A program made the translations under genes and the position numbers. A stretch of DNA of 64,000 bases from Haplodiscus bocki (Eukaryota), in assembly GCA_965655095.1 (NCBI GenBank), contig OZ296650.1, positions 91,264,001-91,328,000 of the forward strand, read 5' to 3'. This document shows, piece after piece, positions 13,501 to 25,500 of this stretch; position 1 is the first letter of the stretch; each line of letters starts with the position of its first letter. The notes below the pieces were generated by a model. It saw only the letters and a list, made by a program, of their open reading frames with translations. It was not told the origin of the DNA and did no database searches.

Positions 13501-16500
13501 TCGGCTAAAGGAATCTTCCTTTGGATAGAGAGTTATATTTAGTTACCGTTATCGTTATATTTCGTTACCATGATGTATTGAAGGGAATAATGGTCTGTTG
13601 GCAAGAAGTTTGCGTTACCGGCGTTTTCTAGAAGTTCAATCTTAAACAAGGTTGCGATGTTTGGAAGTACAGCGTTGACAATTTTTTCAACAACTGTGAC
13701 CTTAGATGTGTTTTTTAATCATTCCTTCATCTGTGTACTCTTATAGGCCATGTTTTTTTAATGAGTCGTCACGTTTTTCATTTAGATATCCTGACGCCCA
13801 ATGGTATGAATGTTGTGAAATTTGCTGCCTTGCATGAGTTTCAAAATATGCATGCCCAAGCCAAAGCTAAGATTCACGATTTCGTCAGAGGACATTTTTA
13901 CGGGTAAGAATACACGTCTATGACCAGTTATTGTCAATTAATTGAATACTCCCTTTCGTTTGCCATAAGTCGAGTCAAACTTTACAACATAAATGCATGC
14001 ACAGGTCCTATTTTTTTGGTGGATTTTGTATAATAAATTCGAAAACGTTTCATTTTTTTCAGTTGTCTTTGCAAAAGAAAGGATCGCTTTTGCCGCCATC
14101 AAGGGATTGCGATTAAAAATCTATTTCCTCCTTCTTATCGTCTGTTAAAACTTTTTTCTTTGAAATGCGAAACCTTGACAAAATTCAAAGCAGTTTATGT
14201 TGATGGTCTAATCGCTTATCTCGTTTTCCCCTCCTTGCAAGTTTTTTCGAAGAGCGGCTTGGCCTCTGGATTTACTTCCCTCGTCTTCACCCAAGCTAGA
14301 GAGCTTCAGTATTTACTGCAATTCCAGGTACAAAAAGTAATCGATTCAATTCAAATTCTTCAAGTTAGTTCCCATCTTTTTTTTGGATTTGTGAACTTTC
14401 AGCCTATTTTTGCTAAATTCGCTTGATTCCATTTACCATTTTAAGATCTTATGCTTATTGCCTGGCATTCATAATGTATATTTTGTCGTTGCTTTTACTG
14501 AGAAATGTGTCTGACTACTACAGTGGCTTTTGTTTTTTCCGGTCGCGTTATACTACTTACTGTTCAGAATTTTTCAGATAGTACCCATTAATTTTGGAAC
14601 CAGCATTGCACTTCGAAAACGTGAAAACGTTTTCAGCTAGCAAAAAAAGTACTGCAAAGGCATATACCATATTTGTTTTTATTCACACTTTCTGAGACAG
14701 AATGAATCGTAACAACCCTCTACTAAGTTTTGAACTAAAAGTTGAAGATTATACAACTTTTATCAAAGAGGAGTATAATAGCCGCTTTTCGTCCGGAAAG
14801 CCTCGATTTTCTTAAAAACGGACCCCCTGTGGATATTGCGGATGGTATTGGAATGCTTCCAACATGAACGGTGCGTTTACTTGCACTGATCGTTAAAATT
14901 GTTTTTTCAATGAGCGACCAAATTGGATCGATCCATAGCTGAATCAAAGAGTGCTTTATTGCTCTGGCGTAGCTTGCAAGGTGTGTTTTCAAGTTAATGT
15001 GAACTAAATTTTTCCAATGTAGTTCGGGGGTAATAAGCAGGCAAAAGCATGGCTCTTTCCAAGCTTTAGCAACGCAGGGATTGGAAAAAATCTTGAAATT
15101 ATCAATTTTTTTCCAACTTGGGCAAAAACTTTAGGGAGTGTATGCGAAGTATTGGGAGAGGGCAGTGAAGTTAAAATGGTATATAGTTTCGAATTTCATT
15201 ATGGGTTAGTATCCGATCATGGATCTCACCATTCGTAAGTGCTGAGAATGCATGAATCTATGAAAGTTTGTGAACCTGAAATATTTACAACTTGTGTACG
15301 GCGGTTATAGAGGAAGTACCTGGTGTGTGTATCTGGATATGTTGAATTGGGGGAATATGTTCCAATTCTGATACGGTTTCAGTATTCTGCAATGGTTTGA
15401 CCATTCTCGCTCAGTGCTCAGTGAGAGTGGAGGGCATGGCAAAAATCTCGATTTTTTTGGAGTTTTTACCTGCTAGGTCGCACTAAAAAGATTGAGACCT
15501 CCAAATGTAGTGCAGAGTTTAAGTAGGATAGTGAAAGTAGTGGAAAAAGCCGGGGAACTTGAAGTGGATAACAGTTACTGTTCTTTGTTAGGGACAGTAT
15601 CCCCGTGAAGCCGTTGCTTTTACCAAGCTCTGGAAGCTGAGGCAATGGAAAAGCCGTGGAAATCTTGAAATCATTCCAACTTGGGTACAATAGTTAGAGA
15701 GGAAATCAGAGAGAGTAAGCAATGAATATAAAGCTGAGAATAGTTTTGAATTTTGTTGTGAGGTAGTTTCCAGGATAAGGTTTGGCCATTTCGAGCGTCG
15801 GAAAGTTGTTTTTATTTGAGGTTACTTCAACCTGAGTGTTGAGGCTAGAGAGGATGGGCTCAACTTTAGGAGTGGCTGATGAACTTGAAATGGGGAAACG
15901 TTATCAGTTCTAATCCGCTGAAGTATCCTGATCTTATCTTTACCATGGCGAAGTTGTGGGGATGCGAAAAGTCACAAAAATCTAAGAATTCAAGGAAGCT
16001 TTTCCAACTTGGGTTTTGGAGTTGAGGAGCGAGGCCTTAGTGTTGGAAGTGGACCGACAAGTTTCAACTGGATTGATTTCTAACAGACAGTAGTGTCATG
16101 CTGTAGTCAATGTCATGCTGTTTGAAGTTTCTGATTACTTTTCCCCTTAAAATAAAACGTAATGGATGGTAGTCGTTACAAACAATTCCGATGCGTCTAA
16201 GTTTCTTAAATGGGCGTTCAAAAATTACTCGAGAGTATCAGCCTTGAGCGGCTTTGTTTGCCAGTGGTATTTTTAGTACTTGCTGTTTATGTGGTATGGA
16301 CTGTTTTGTAGAAGTTGAAATTGGATTGAAATAATCAATGGCCTCATGTCACTCGGTTACCTCTCCGGGCCTTGCTAAAAGTGTAGCCACAACGGGGGTG
16401 GAGTGATCTATGGAATTTGCTGTAGAAGTATGCCCCATAAAAACACTTTCAATACGAAATTTTACCGCAATTGGTTGCTGGAATTTATTCCGTTTCTAAG

Positions 16501-19500
16501 CATGCCTCTTGTTGTAGTTGCTCAATGGTTTTTCATTCTTTTATAACAGTGGCAAAACGTCAGCTTGATACGGTCCACCTGCGTTTTTTCTCGTTCATTG
16601 GCAATTCGCACAAAATGTATGTGAACTGATTTTAGTCAAAATCAAAGATCTTTTGGGCTGGTGTTCAATGACGACAGCCATGTGCGCTTGACTTTTATGA
16701 TCGTCCGGTTTCGAATCCCACGTCGGTCGAAATTTTGGTCGCTTATTTCCCTTTCTCAGAGTATGGCATCTTCATTGGAAATACGAAATATTTGTTTGAA
16801 TCGGGAGAGATGTGATCTGCGTTGACGATTCTTTTCGCAAGTTCACTCCAAATTGAACTTTTCTCGATTCATGGACTATTTTCGCTGAGATTCAATTTTT
16901 CAAGTTGAGCTTATTCTTTGACCATTGACGGTGATTTTCGTTACTTTCGCTCGATTTCATGCTTCTTTCTTTACGACATCGGTATCGGTTGGAAATTGAC
17001 AACGCTATCATCAAAAAAATTAAATCAATAGTTGGAAAAATCGATAGTTATCTCTAACCTTGTGTTCAAGAAGACCTTGTTTCTGCTGTTTCTCTCACTG
17101 CTTTCGCCTTTTTGGCCATACGGTTAATCTTTTCAGCTACGTTAGCAGTCTACTTTTGTAGAAAACGTTGATTTCTTGGGAAAGGTTCCGAATATCTGAG
17201 GTTTTTGGTGAAAAATGTTTTGTTTCCAAAATGGCCAAAATTTGGTCAGTTTCTCGATTGTCAGAATTTTCAAAATTCTGTTCTGAATGTCAGTTTTTAG
17301 CAGCGCGTCCAAAGGAATGAAACGGGCGCAACATGTGCTTTCGAAGATCTGTGGAGTTTTTGCGGCTTTTTGGTTTTCTGACACGTTTTTTTGTGCTATA
17401 TTTGAACCAATTTTGGCTAAAATTTCATTTTCACCTTGATTTTCGCACCTTTAATTTCCTTATTCACTCTCTTTCCTCTGGGCCGAAGTAATGTGATGTA
17501 GAAGCACAAATACGGATAGGTAGACGAAGTTTTGCAGTTGTTTTTCTGGGATTTTTTTGTTTCGAATTATTTTTCCATTTTTTGACTTGAGCGAAACATT
17601 TTCCTGGTTGCGTTCTAATTTTGCTTTTCAGCTACAAGGGCATCAAAATCCTTTAAGACGGGACAAATCCTTACTAAGTGCTAGATTTTTAAATCCGTCT
17701 GCTTGAAATTCGTCGGTTTTGGGTTTTCTAATCTGTATATTCAGCTAAACGTACGATTTTGGCATGCCTTTTCTCGTTGGTCCTGCAAATCATGTTTTTG
17801 AATTTGACTTCAGCTAATCTCAATAGAAAGTGTTGCAATCTGAAATCTTCTGGTTTTTGAAGTTTTTGGCAAAGTGGTTCTTTTTGCGCTTCCTTTTCAG
17901 CATTTTTGTTTCCTGCGTTCGTGAGCATTTTAGCTTATAGTTGTTCTTCTGTTCCCCAAGTAGGCCCTCTGTCTACATTTGCAGCAAGTACAGTTCAAAC
18001 TCAATAGTTACTGCTAAAAATATATCGAGTTTAGGAAATGTGAGGTAATCTGCTATTTATACCATGAGAGAGCCTTCTCTGCGCTATAGGGTGCTTATTC
18101 TTGCTATTGTTTTCAAGTGAAGTCTGGCAATAAAACAAGTTTTCTGTTTTTGTAAAGTTTTCGTACTTTATGCGGTCAGAAAAATTTTGCGGTCTTCAAC
18201 AGAAACCCCAGAATTTGTTTTTAGAGTGTCTGGCCAGTTTCATTTTTTCACTGATGTAAAGTTCTGTTTCGATAATCTCGGAAGTTTTCATATGGCTTTC
18301 GAGAGCTTATCGCCGATATCTATACTTAGTGCTGTTGCAAATTCTCGGAAGAATGGCGGAATTTCTTGGGCCAGCTTCAGGACCCTATGCTTGGCCTCTG
18401 TGCAACACTAGAGACTAGCAAGTCTTAAGGAGTCGTTCCGTCAACCACTTTTTTCATCCGTTCAATACTTCTCCGTCGCAGAGTGTGCGTTTTCGATAGT
18501 GCTGAAATTTGTTCATGTCACGTTGTTACCTTTCGAATTTTTGTTCACGTGCCCCAATATCAGTGTACTTAATAAAAAAAACGCTCCGCTGGTCTTATGG
18601 AGTTTCAGGGCTCAAATGCTTCCAATTTTCCTCTCGAAAATTTTCAATTTGTAGTTCGAAAATTGAGGATGTTTTTACGGTCATCTTTCATTAAGGGTGG
18701 TCTTACACAAGACTTTCATTTGGCTGGCATTTCTTCGTCGGTGTTTTGAGTTTGCGCTACCTACCTAGTGGTCCTGTAGACGGGCAGTGATTAACTTTTC
18801 TAACGAAATTTTTTGACTTGGATTTTTTCTGGGGTTGTTCGTGAGATTTTTTTGCTCAATTACAACTGCTCGGATTGAGTCCATCTGGTGATGATTCAAG
18901 TAGTCGCTGCAGAAGTTTTTGGGCAAGTTACCGGGTAGGTTTGTTTGCAATCATCTCCGATTATACTTTGATTTTGGTTTTTGAGAAATTAAGGTAATAC
19001 AACTCAACGTCGCTTGTTAAGTGTTTTTCCTATTATATGATGGTCGGGCTGGGTGCATCCGGTAGTAGTTCAAATGTCTGTTACTAGGATTTCCTGGGTT
19101 GTTTCATTCCCAACGTTTTTTGTTAAATTTTGCAACTTTTTCTTCCGAAATTGAAGAGTTTTTAAATTGCCCGTTGTTTCTGTTAACGACCACTAGTAAA
19201 TATTCTCGGACTTCAATTATCTACTTTTCATTTGGAAGATATGCACAATCAAGAATCTGCAGAGAAGGAAAGATGTCCGGTTTCTTACTTTAGCGAAATC
19301 TCTCGACTCATGGCTCATGCATAGTTTTGGGATTATTTTGAATCCAAAAAATTTGTGTCTCCAAAGTTGTTTTTCTCAAAAACTACTGGTCAGGGTATGT
19401 TCCTCCAGTTCTCATTCATGATGCTACACCATAGGAAATGCCTGGAGAAACCGGGATATACTGTCTCGTTTCCCTGCATGAGTTTTTTTGGCCTGTTGTC

Positions 19501-22500
19501 TGATTTTTGAAAAATTAATACTCCGCGTCTTTCTCGGAGGAAATTGGTGGTTGGATTGCGGCCATCTTGTGCTCATTCCAAATCCAGCAAAGTACGAAAC
19601 CGGTGGAGTAGCTGGAAAGTAGCTCTTTTTTGCAGATCTGTGTTTTATTTCTTCTTCACTGGAATCTGTTTTTCACGACAATCAATAAAACCATTTTCGT
19701 CTGTTGGCATTTAGTCTCTGCTCTTGCTGACTGTAGTCGCAAGTGCCGCTTCGACGACCCTGTGTAGAGTATGAAGTGCCTCTTTTGTAGCAGTATTGTT
19801 TCTTAAATTCCGCGGTGAAATAATCAGGAGAGGTTTTTCTGGCCATTTTTTGCCTGCTGTCGCAGAGGCAATTGATTGTTCGAACCATAGCGTAAACTAG
19901 TAAGCTCATGTTTTGCATTTTTGTTTCTTGATACATGTTGATTCCTGATTCGTGCTAGCACGGATATAAATAATTGAAGGTGGTAAGTCGAAAGTAGTTG
20001 AAGGTTGAGATCCTATTCTTGTGAGGTAGTATCCAGGAAATGGTTTGGCCATTTCGAGCGTCGGAAAATTGTTTTTATTTGAGGTTACTTCAACCTGAGT
20101 GTTGAGGCTAGGGAGGATGGGCGCAACTTTAGGAGTGGCTGATGAAATTGAAATGGGGAAACGTTATCAGTTCTAATCCGCTGAAGTATCCTGATGTTAT
20201 CTTTATCATGGCGATGTTGTGGGGATGCAAGAAGTCACAAAAGTCTAAGAATGCAAGGAAGCTTTTCCAACTTGGGTTTTGGAGTCGAGGAGCGAGGCCT
20301 TAGTGTTGGAAGTGGACCGACAAGTTTCAACTGGATTGATTTCTAACAGACATTAGTGTCTGGTCAAACGACCAGTCAATGTCATGCTGTTTGAATTTTT
20401 TTTATTACTTTTCCCCTTAAAACAAAACGGTAATGGATGGTAGTCGTTACAAACAATTCCGATGCGTCCAAGTTTCTTAAATGGGCGTTCAAAAATTACT
20501 CGGGTATCAGCCTTGAGCGGCTTTGTTTGCCAGTGGTATTTTTAATACTTGCTGTTTATGTGGTATGGACTGTTTTGTAGAAGTTGAAATTGGATTGAAA
20601 TAATCAATGGCCTCTTGTCACTCGCTTACCTCTCCGGGCCTTGCTAAAAGTGTAGCCACAACGGGGATGGGGTGATCTATGGAATTTACTGTAGAAGTTT
20701 TCCCCATAAAAACACTTTCAATACGAAATTTTACCGCATTTGGTTGCTGGAATTTATTCCGTTTCTAAGCACGCGTCTTCTTGTGGTTGCTCAATGGTTT
20801 TTCATTCTTTTATAACAGTGGCAAAACGTCAGCTTGATACGGTCCACCTGCGTTTTTTATCGTTCGTTGGCAATTCGCACAAAATGTATGTGAACTGATT
20901 TTAGTCAAAATCAAAGATCTTTTGGGCTGGTGTTCAATGACGACAGCCATGTGCGCTTGAGTTTTATGATCGTCCGGTTTCGAATCCCACGTCGGTCGAA
21001 ATTTTGGTCGCTTATTTCCCTTTCTCAGAGTATGCCATCTTCATTGGAAATACGAAATATTTGTTTGAATTGGGAGAGATGTGATCTGCGTTGACGATTC
21101 TTTTCGCAAGTTCACTCCAAATTAAACTTTTCTCGATTCATGGACTATTTTTGCTGAGATTCAATTTTTCAAGTTGAGCTTATTCTTTGACCCTTGACGG
21201 TGATTTTCGTTACTTTCGCTCGATTTCATGCTTCTTTCTCTACGACATCGGTATCGGTTGGAAATTGACAACGCTATTATCAAAAAAATTTAATCAAGAG
21301 TTTGGAAACATCGATAATTATCTCTAACCTTGTGTACAAGAAGACCTTGTTTCTGCTGTTTCTCTCACTGCTTTCCCCTTTTTGGCCTTACGGATAATCT
21401 TTTCAGCTACGTTAGCAGTCTACTTTTGTAGAAAACGTTGATTTCTTGGGAAATGTTCCGAATATCTGAGGTTTTTGTTGAAAAATGTTTTGTTTCCAAA
21501 ATGGCTAAATTTTGGTCAGTTTCTCGATTGTCAGAATTTTCAAAATTCTGTTCTGAATGTCAGTTTTTGGCAGCGCGTCCAAAGGAATGAACGGGCGCAA
21601 CATGTGCTTTCGAAGATCTGTGGAGTTTTTGTGGCTTTTTGGTTTTCTGACACATTTTTTTGTGCTATATTTGAACCAATATTGGCTAAAATTTCATTTT
21701 CACCTAAATTTTCGCACCTTTAGTTTCCTTATTAACTCTCTTTCCTCTGGGCCGAAGTAATGTGATGCAGAAGCACAAATACGGATAAGTAGACGAAGAA
21801 GTTTTGCAGTTGTTTTTCTGGGATTTTTTTTGTTTTGGATTATTTTTCCATTTTTTGACGTGAGTGAAACGTTTTCCTGGTTGCGTTCTAATTTTGATTT
21901 TCAGCTACAAGGGCATCAAAATCCTTTAAGGCGGGACATATCCTTACTAAGTGCTAGATTTTTAAATCCGTCTGCTCGAAATTCGTCGTTTTTGGGTTTT
22001 CTAATCTGTACATTCAGCTAAAGGTACGATTTTGGCATGGCTTTTCTCGTTGGTCCTGCAAATCATGTTTTTGAATATGACTTCAGCTAATCTCAATAGA
22101 AAGTGTTGCAATCTGAAATCTTCTGGTTTTTGAAGTTTTTGGCAAAGTGGTTCTTTTTGCGCTGCCATTTCAGCTTTTTTGTTTCCTGCGATCGTGAGCT
22201 TTTTAGCTTATAGTTGTTGTTCTGTTCCCCACGTAGGCCCTCTGTGTACATTTGCAGCAAGTACAGTTCAAACTCAATATTTACTGCTGAAAATATCTCG
22301 AGTTTAGGAAATGTGAGGTAATCTGCTATTCAAACCATGAGAGAGCCTTCTCTGCGCTATAGGGTGCTTATTCTTGCTATTGCTTTCAAGTGAAGTCTGG
22401 CAATAAAACAAGATTTCTGTTTTTGTGAAGTTTTCATACTTTTTGCGGTCAGAAAAGTTTTGCAGTCTTCAACAGAAACCCCAGAATTTGTTTTTAGTAT

Positions 22501-25500
22501 GTCTGGCCAGTTTCATTTTTTTACTGATGTAAAGTTCTGTTTCGATAAGTTTTCATATGGCTTTCGAGAGCTTATCGCCGATATCTATACTTAGTGCTGT
22601 TGCAAATTCTCGGAAGAATGGCGGAATTTCTTGGGCCAGCTTCAGGACCCTATGCTTGGCCTCTGTGCAACACTAGAGGCTAGCAAGTCTTAAGGAGTCG
22701 TTCCGTCAACCACTTTTTTCATCCGTTCAATACTTCTCCGTCGCAGAGTGTGCGTTTTCGATAGTGCTGAAATTTGTTCATGTCACGTTGTTACCTTTCG
22801 AATTTTTGTTCACGTGCCCCAATATCAGTGTACTTAATTAAAAAAACCGCTCCGCTGGTCTTATGGAGTTTCAGGGCTCAAATGCTTCCAATTTTCCTCT
22901 CGAAAATTTTCAATTTGTAGTTCGAAAATCAAGGATGTTTTTACGGTCATCTTTCATTAAGGGTGGTCTTACACAAGACTTTCATTTGGCTGGCATTTCT
23001 TCGTCGGTGTTTTGAGTTTGCGCTACCTACCTAGTGGTCCTGTAGACGGGCAGTGATTAACTTTTCTAACAAAATTTTTTGACTTGGATTTTTTCTGGGG
23101 TTGTTCGTGAGAATTGTTTTGCTCAATTACAACTGCTCGGATTGGGTCCATCTGGTGATGATTCAAGTAGTCGCTGCAGAAGTTTTTGGGCAAGTTACCG
23201 GGTAGGTTTGTTTGCAATCATCTCCGATTATACTCTGAAATTGGTTTTTTAGAAATTAAGGTAATACAACTCAACGTCGCTTGTTAAGTGTTTTTCTTAT
23301 TATCTGATGGTAGGCCTGGGTCCATCCGGCACTAATTCAAATGTCTGTTACTAGGATTTCCTGGGTTGTTTCATTTTCAACTTTTTTTGTGAGTTTTTGC
23401 AACTTTTTCTTCCGAAATTGAGAATGCACAATCAAGAATCTGCAGAGAAGGAAAGATGTCTGGTTTCTTACTTTAGCGAAATCTCTCGACTCATGGTTCA
23501 TGCATAGTTTTGGGATTTTTTTAAATCCAAAATTTTTGCGTCTCCAAAGTTGTTTTTTCTCAAAAACTACTGGTCAGGGCATGTTCCTCCAGTTCTCATT
23601 CATGATCCTACACCATAGGAAACGCCTGCAGAAACCGGGATGTACCGTCTCGTTTCCCTGCATGAGTTTTTTTGGCCTGTTGTCTGATTTTTGAAAAATT
23701 AATACTCCGCGTGTTTCTCGGAGGAAATTGGTGGTTGGATTGCGGCCATCTAGTGCTGATTCCAAATCCAGCAATGTAAGAAACCGGAGGAGTAGCTGGA
23801 AAGTCCTCTTTTTTGCAGATCTGTATTGTATTTCTTCTTTACTGGAATCTGTTTTTCACGACAACCAATAAAACCACTTTCGTCTGTTGGCATTTAGTCT
23901 CTGCTCTTGCTGACTGTAGTCGCAAGTGCCGCTTCGACGACCCTGTGTAGAGTATGAAGTGCCTCTTTTGTAGCAGTATTGTTTCTTAAATTTCGCGGTG
24001 AAATAATCAGGAGAGGTTTTTCTGGCCATTTTTTGCCTGCTGTCGCAGAGGCAATTGATTGTTCGAACCATAGCGTAAACTAGTAAGCTCATGTTTTGCA
24101 TTTTTGTTTCTTGATACATGTTGATTCCTGATTCGTGCTAGCACGGATATAAATAATTGAAGGTGGTAAGTCGAAAGTAGTTGAAGGTTGAGATCCTGTT
24201 CTTGTGAGGTAGTATCCAGGAAATGGTTTGGCCATTTCGAGCGTCGGAAAATTGTTTTTATTTGAGGTTACTTCAACATGAGTGTTGAGGCTAGGGAGGA
24301 TGGGCGCAACTTTAGGGTGGCTGATGAACTTGAAATGGGGAAACGTTATCAGTTCTAATCCGCTGAAGTATCCTGATGTTATCTTCATCATGGCGAAGTT
24401 GTGGGGATGCAAGAAGTCACAAAAGTCTAAGAATGCAAGGAAGGTTTTCCAACTTGGGTTTTGGAAACGAGGAGCGAGGCCTTAGTGTTGGAAGTGGACC
24501 GACAAGTTTCAACTGGATTGATTTCTAACAGACAGTAGTGTCTGGTCAAACGACCAGTCAATGTCATGCTGTTTGAAGTTTTTTGATTACTTTTCCGCTT
24601 AAAACAAAACGGTAATGGATGGTAGTCGTTGCAAACATTCCCGATGTGCCTAAGTTTCTTAAATGGGCGTTCAAAAATTACTCGTGAGTATCAGCCTTGA
24701 GCGGCTTTGTTTGCCAGTGGTATTTTTGTAATACTTGCTGTTTATGTGGTATGGACTGTTTTGTAGAAGTTGAAATTGGATTGAAATAATCAATGGCCTC
24801 ATGTCACTCGCTTACCTCTCCGGGCCTTGCTAAAAGTGTAGCCACAACGGGGATGGGGTGATCTATGGAATTTACTGTAGAAGTTTTCACCATAAAAACA
24901 CTTTCAATACGAAATTTTACCGCATTTGGTTGCTGGAATTTATTCTGTTTCTAAGCACGCGTCTTGTTGTAGTTGCTCAATGGTTGTTGATTCTTTTATA
25001 ACACTGGCAAAACATCAGCTTAATACGGTCCACCTGCGATTTTCTCGTTCGTTGGCAATTCGCTCAAAATGTATGTGAACTGATTTTAGTCAAAATCAAA
25101 GTTTTTTCGGGCTGGTGTTCAATGACGACAGCCATGTGCGCTTGAGTTTTATGATCGTCCGGTTTCGAATCCCACGTCGGTCGGAATTTTGGTAGCTTAT
25201 TTCCCTTTCTCAGAGTATGGCATCTTCATTGGAAGTACGAAATGTTTGTTTGAATCGGGAGAGATGTGATCTGCGTTGACGATTCTTTTCGCAAGTTCAC
25301 TCCAAATTGAACTTTTCTCGATTCATGGACTATTTTCGCTGAGATTCAATTTTTCAAGTTGAGCTTGTTCTTTGACCATTGACGGTGAATTTCGTTACTT
25401 TCGCTCGATTTCATGCTTCTTTCTCTGCGACATCGGTATCGGTTGGAAATTGACAACGCTATCATCAAAAAAATTAAATCAATAGTTTGGAAAAATCGGA

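Noticed and set aside
16700-16745. tRNA-complementary stretch as an LTR primer-binding site
   Set aside because: No TGG start or adjacent LTR end, and the similarity covers the whole tRNA-like body.
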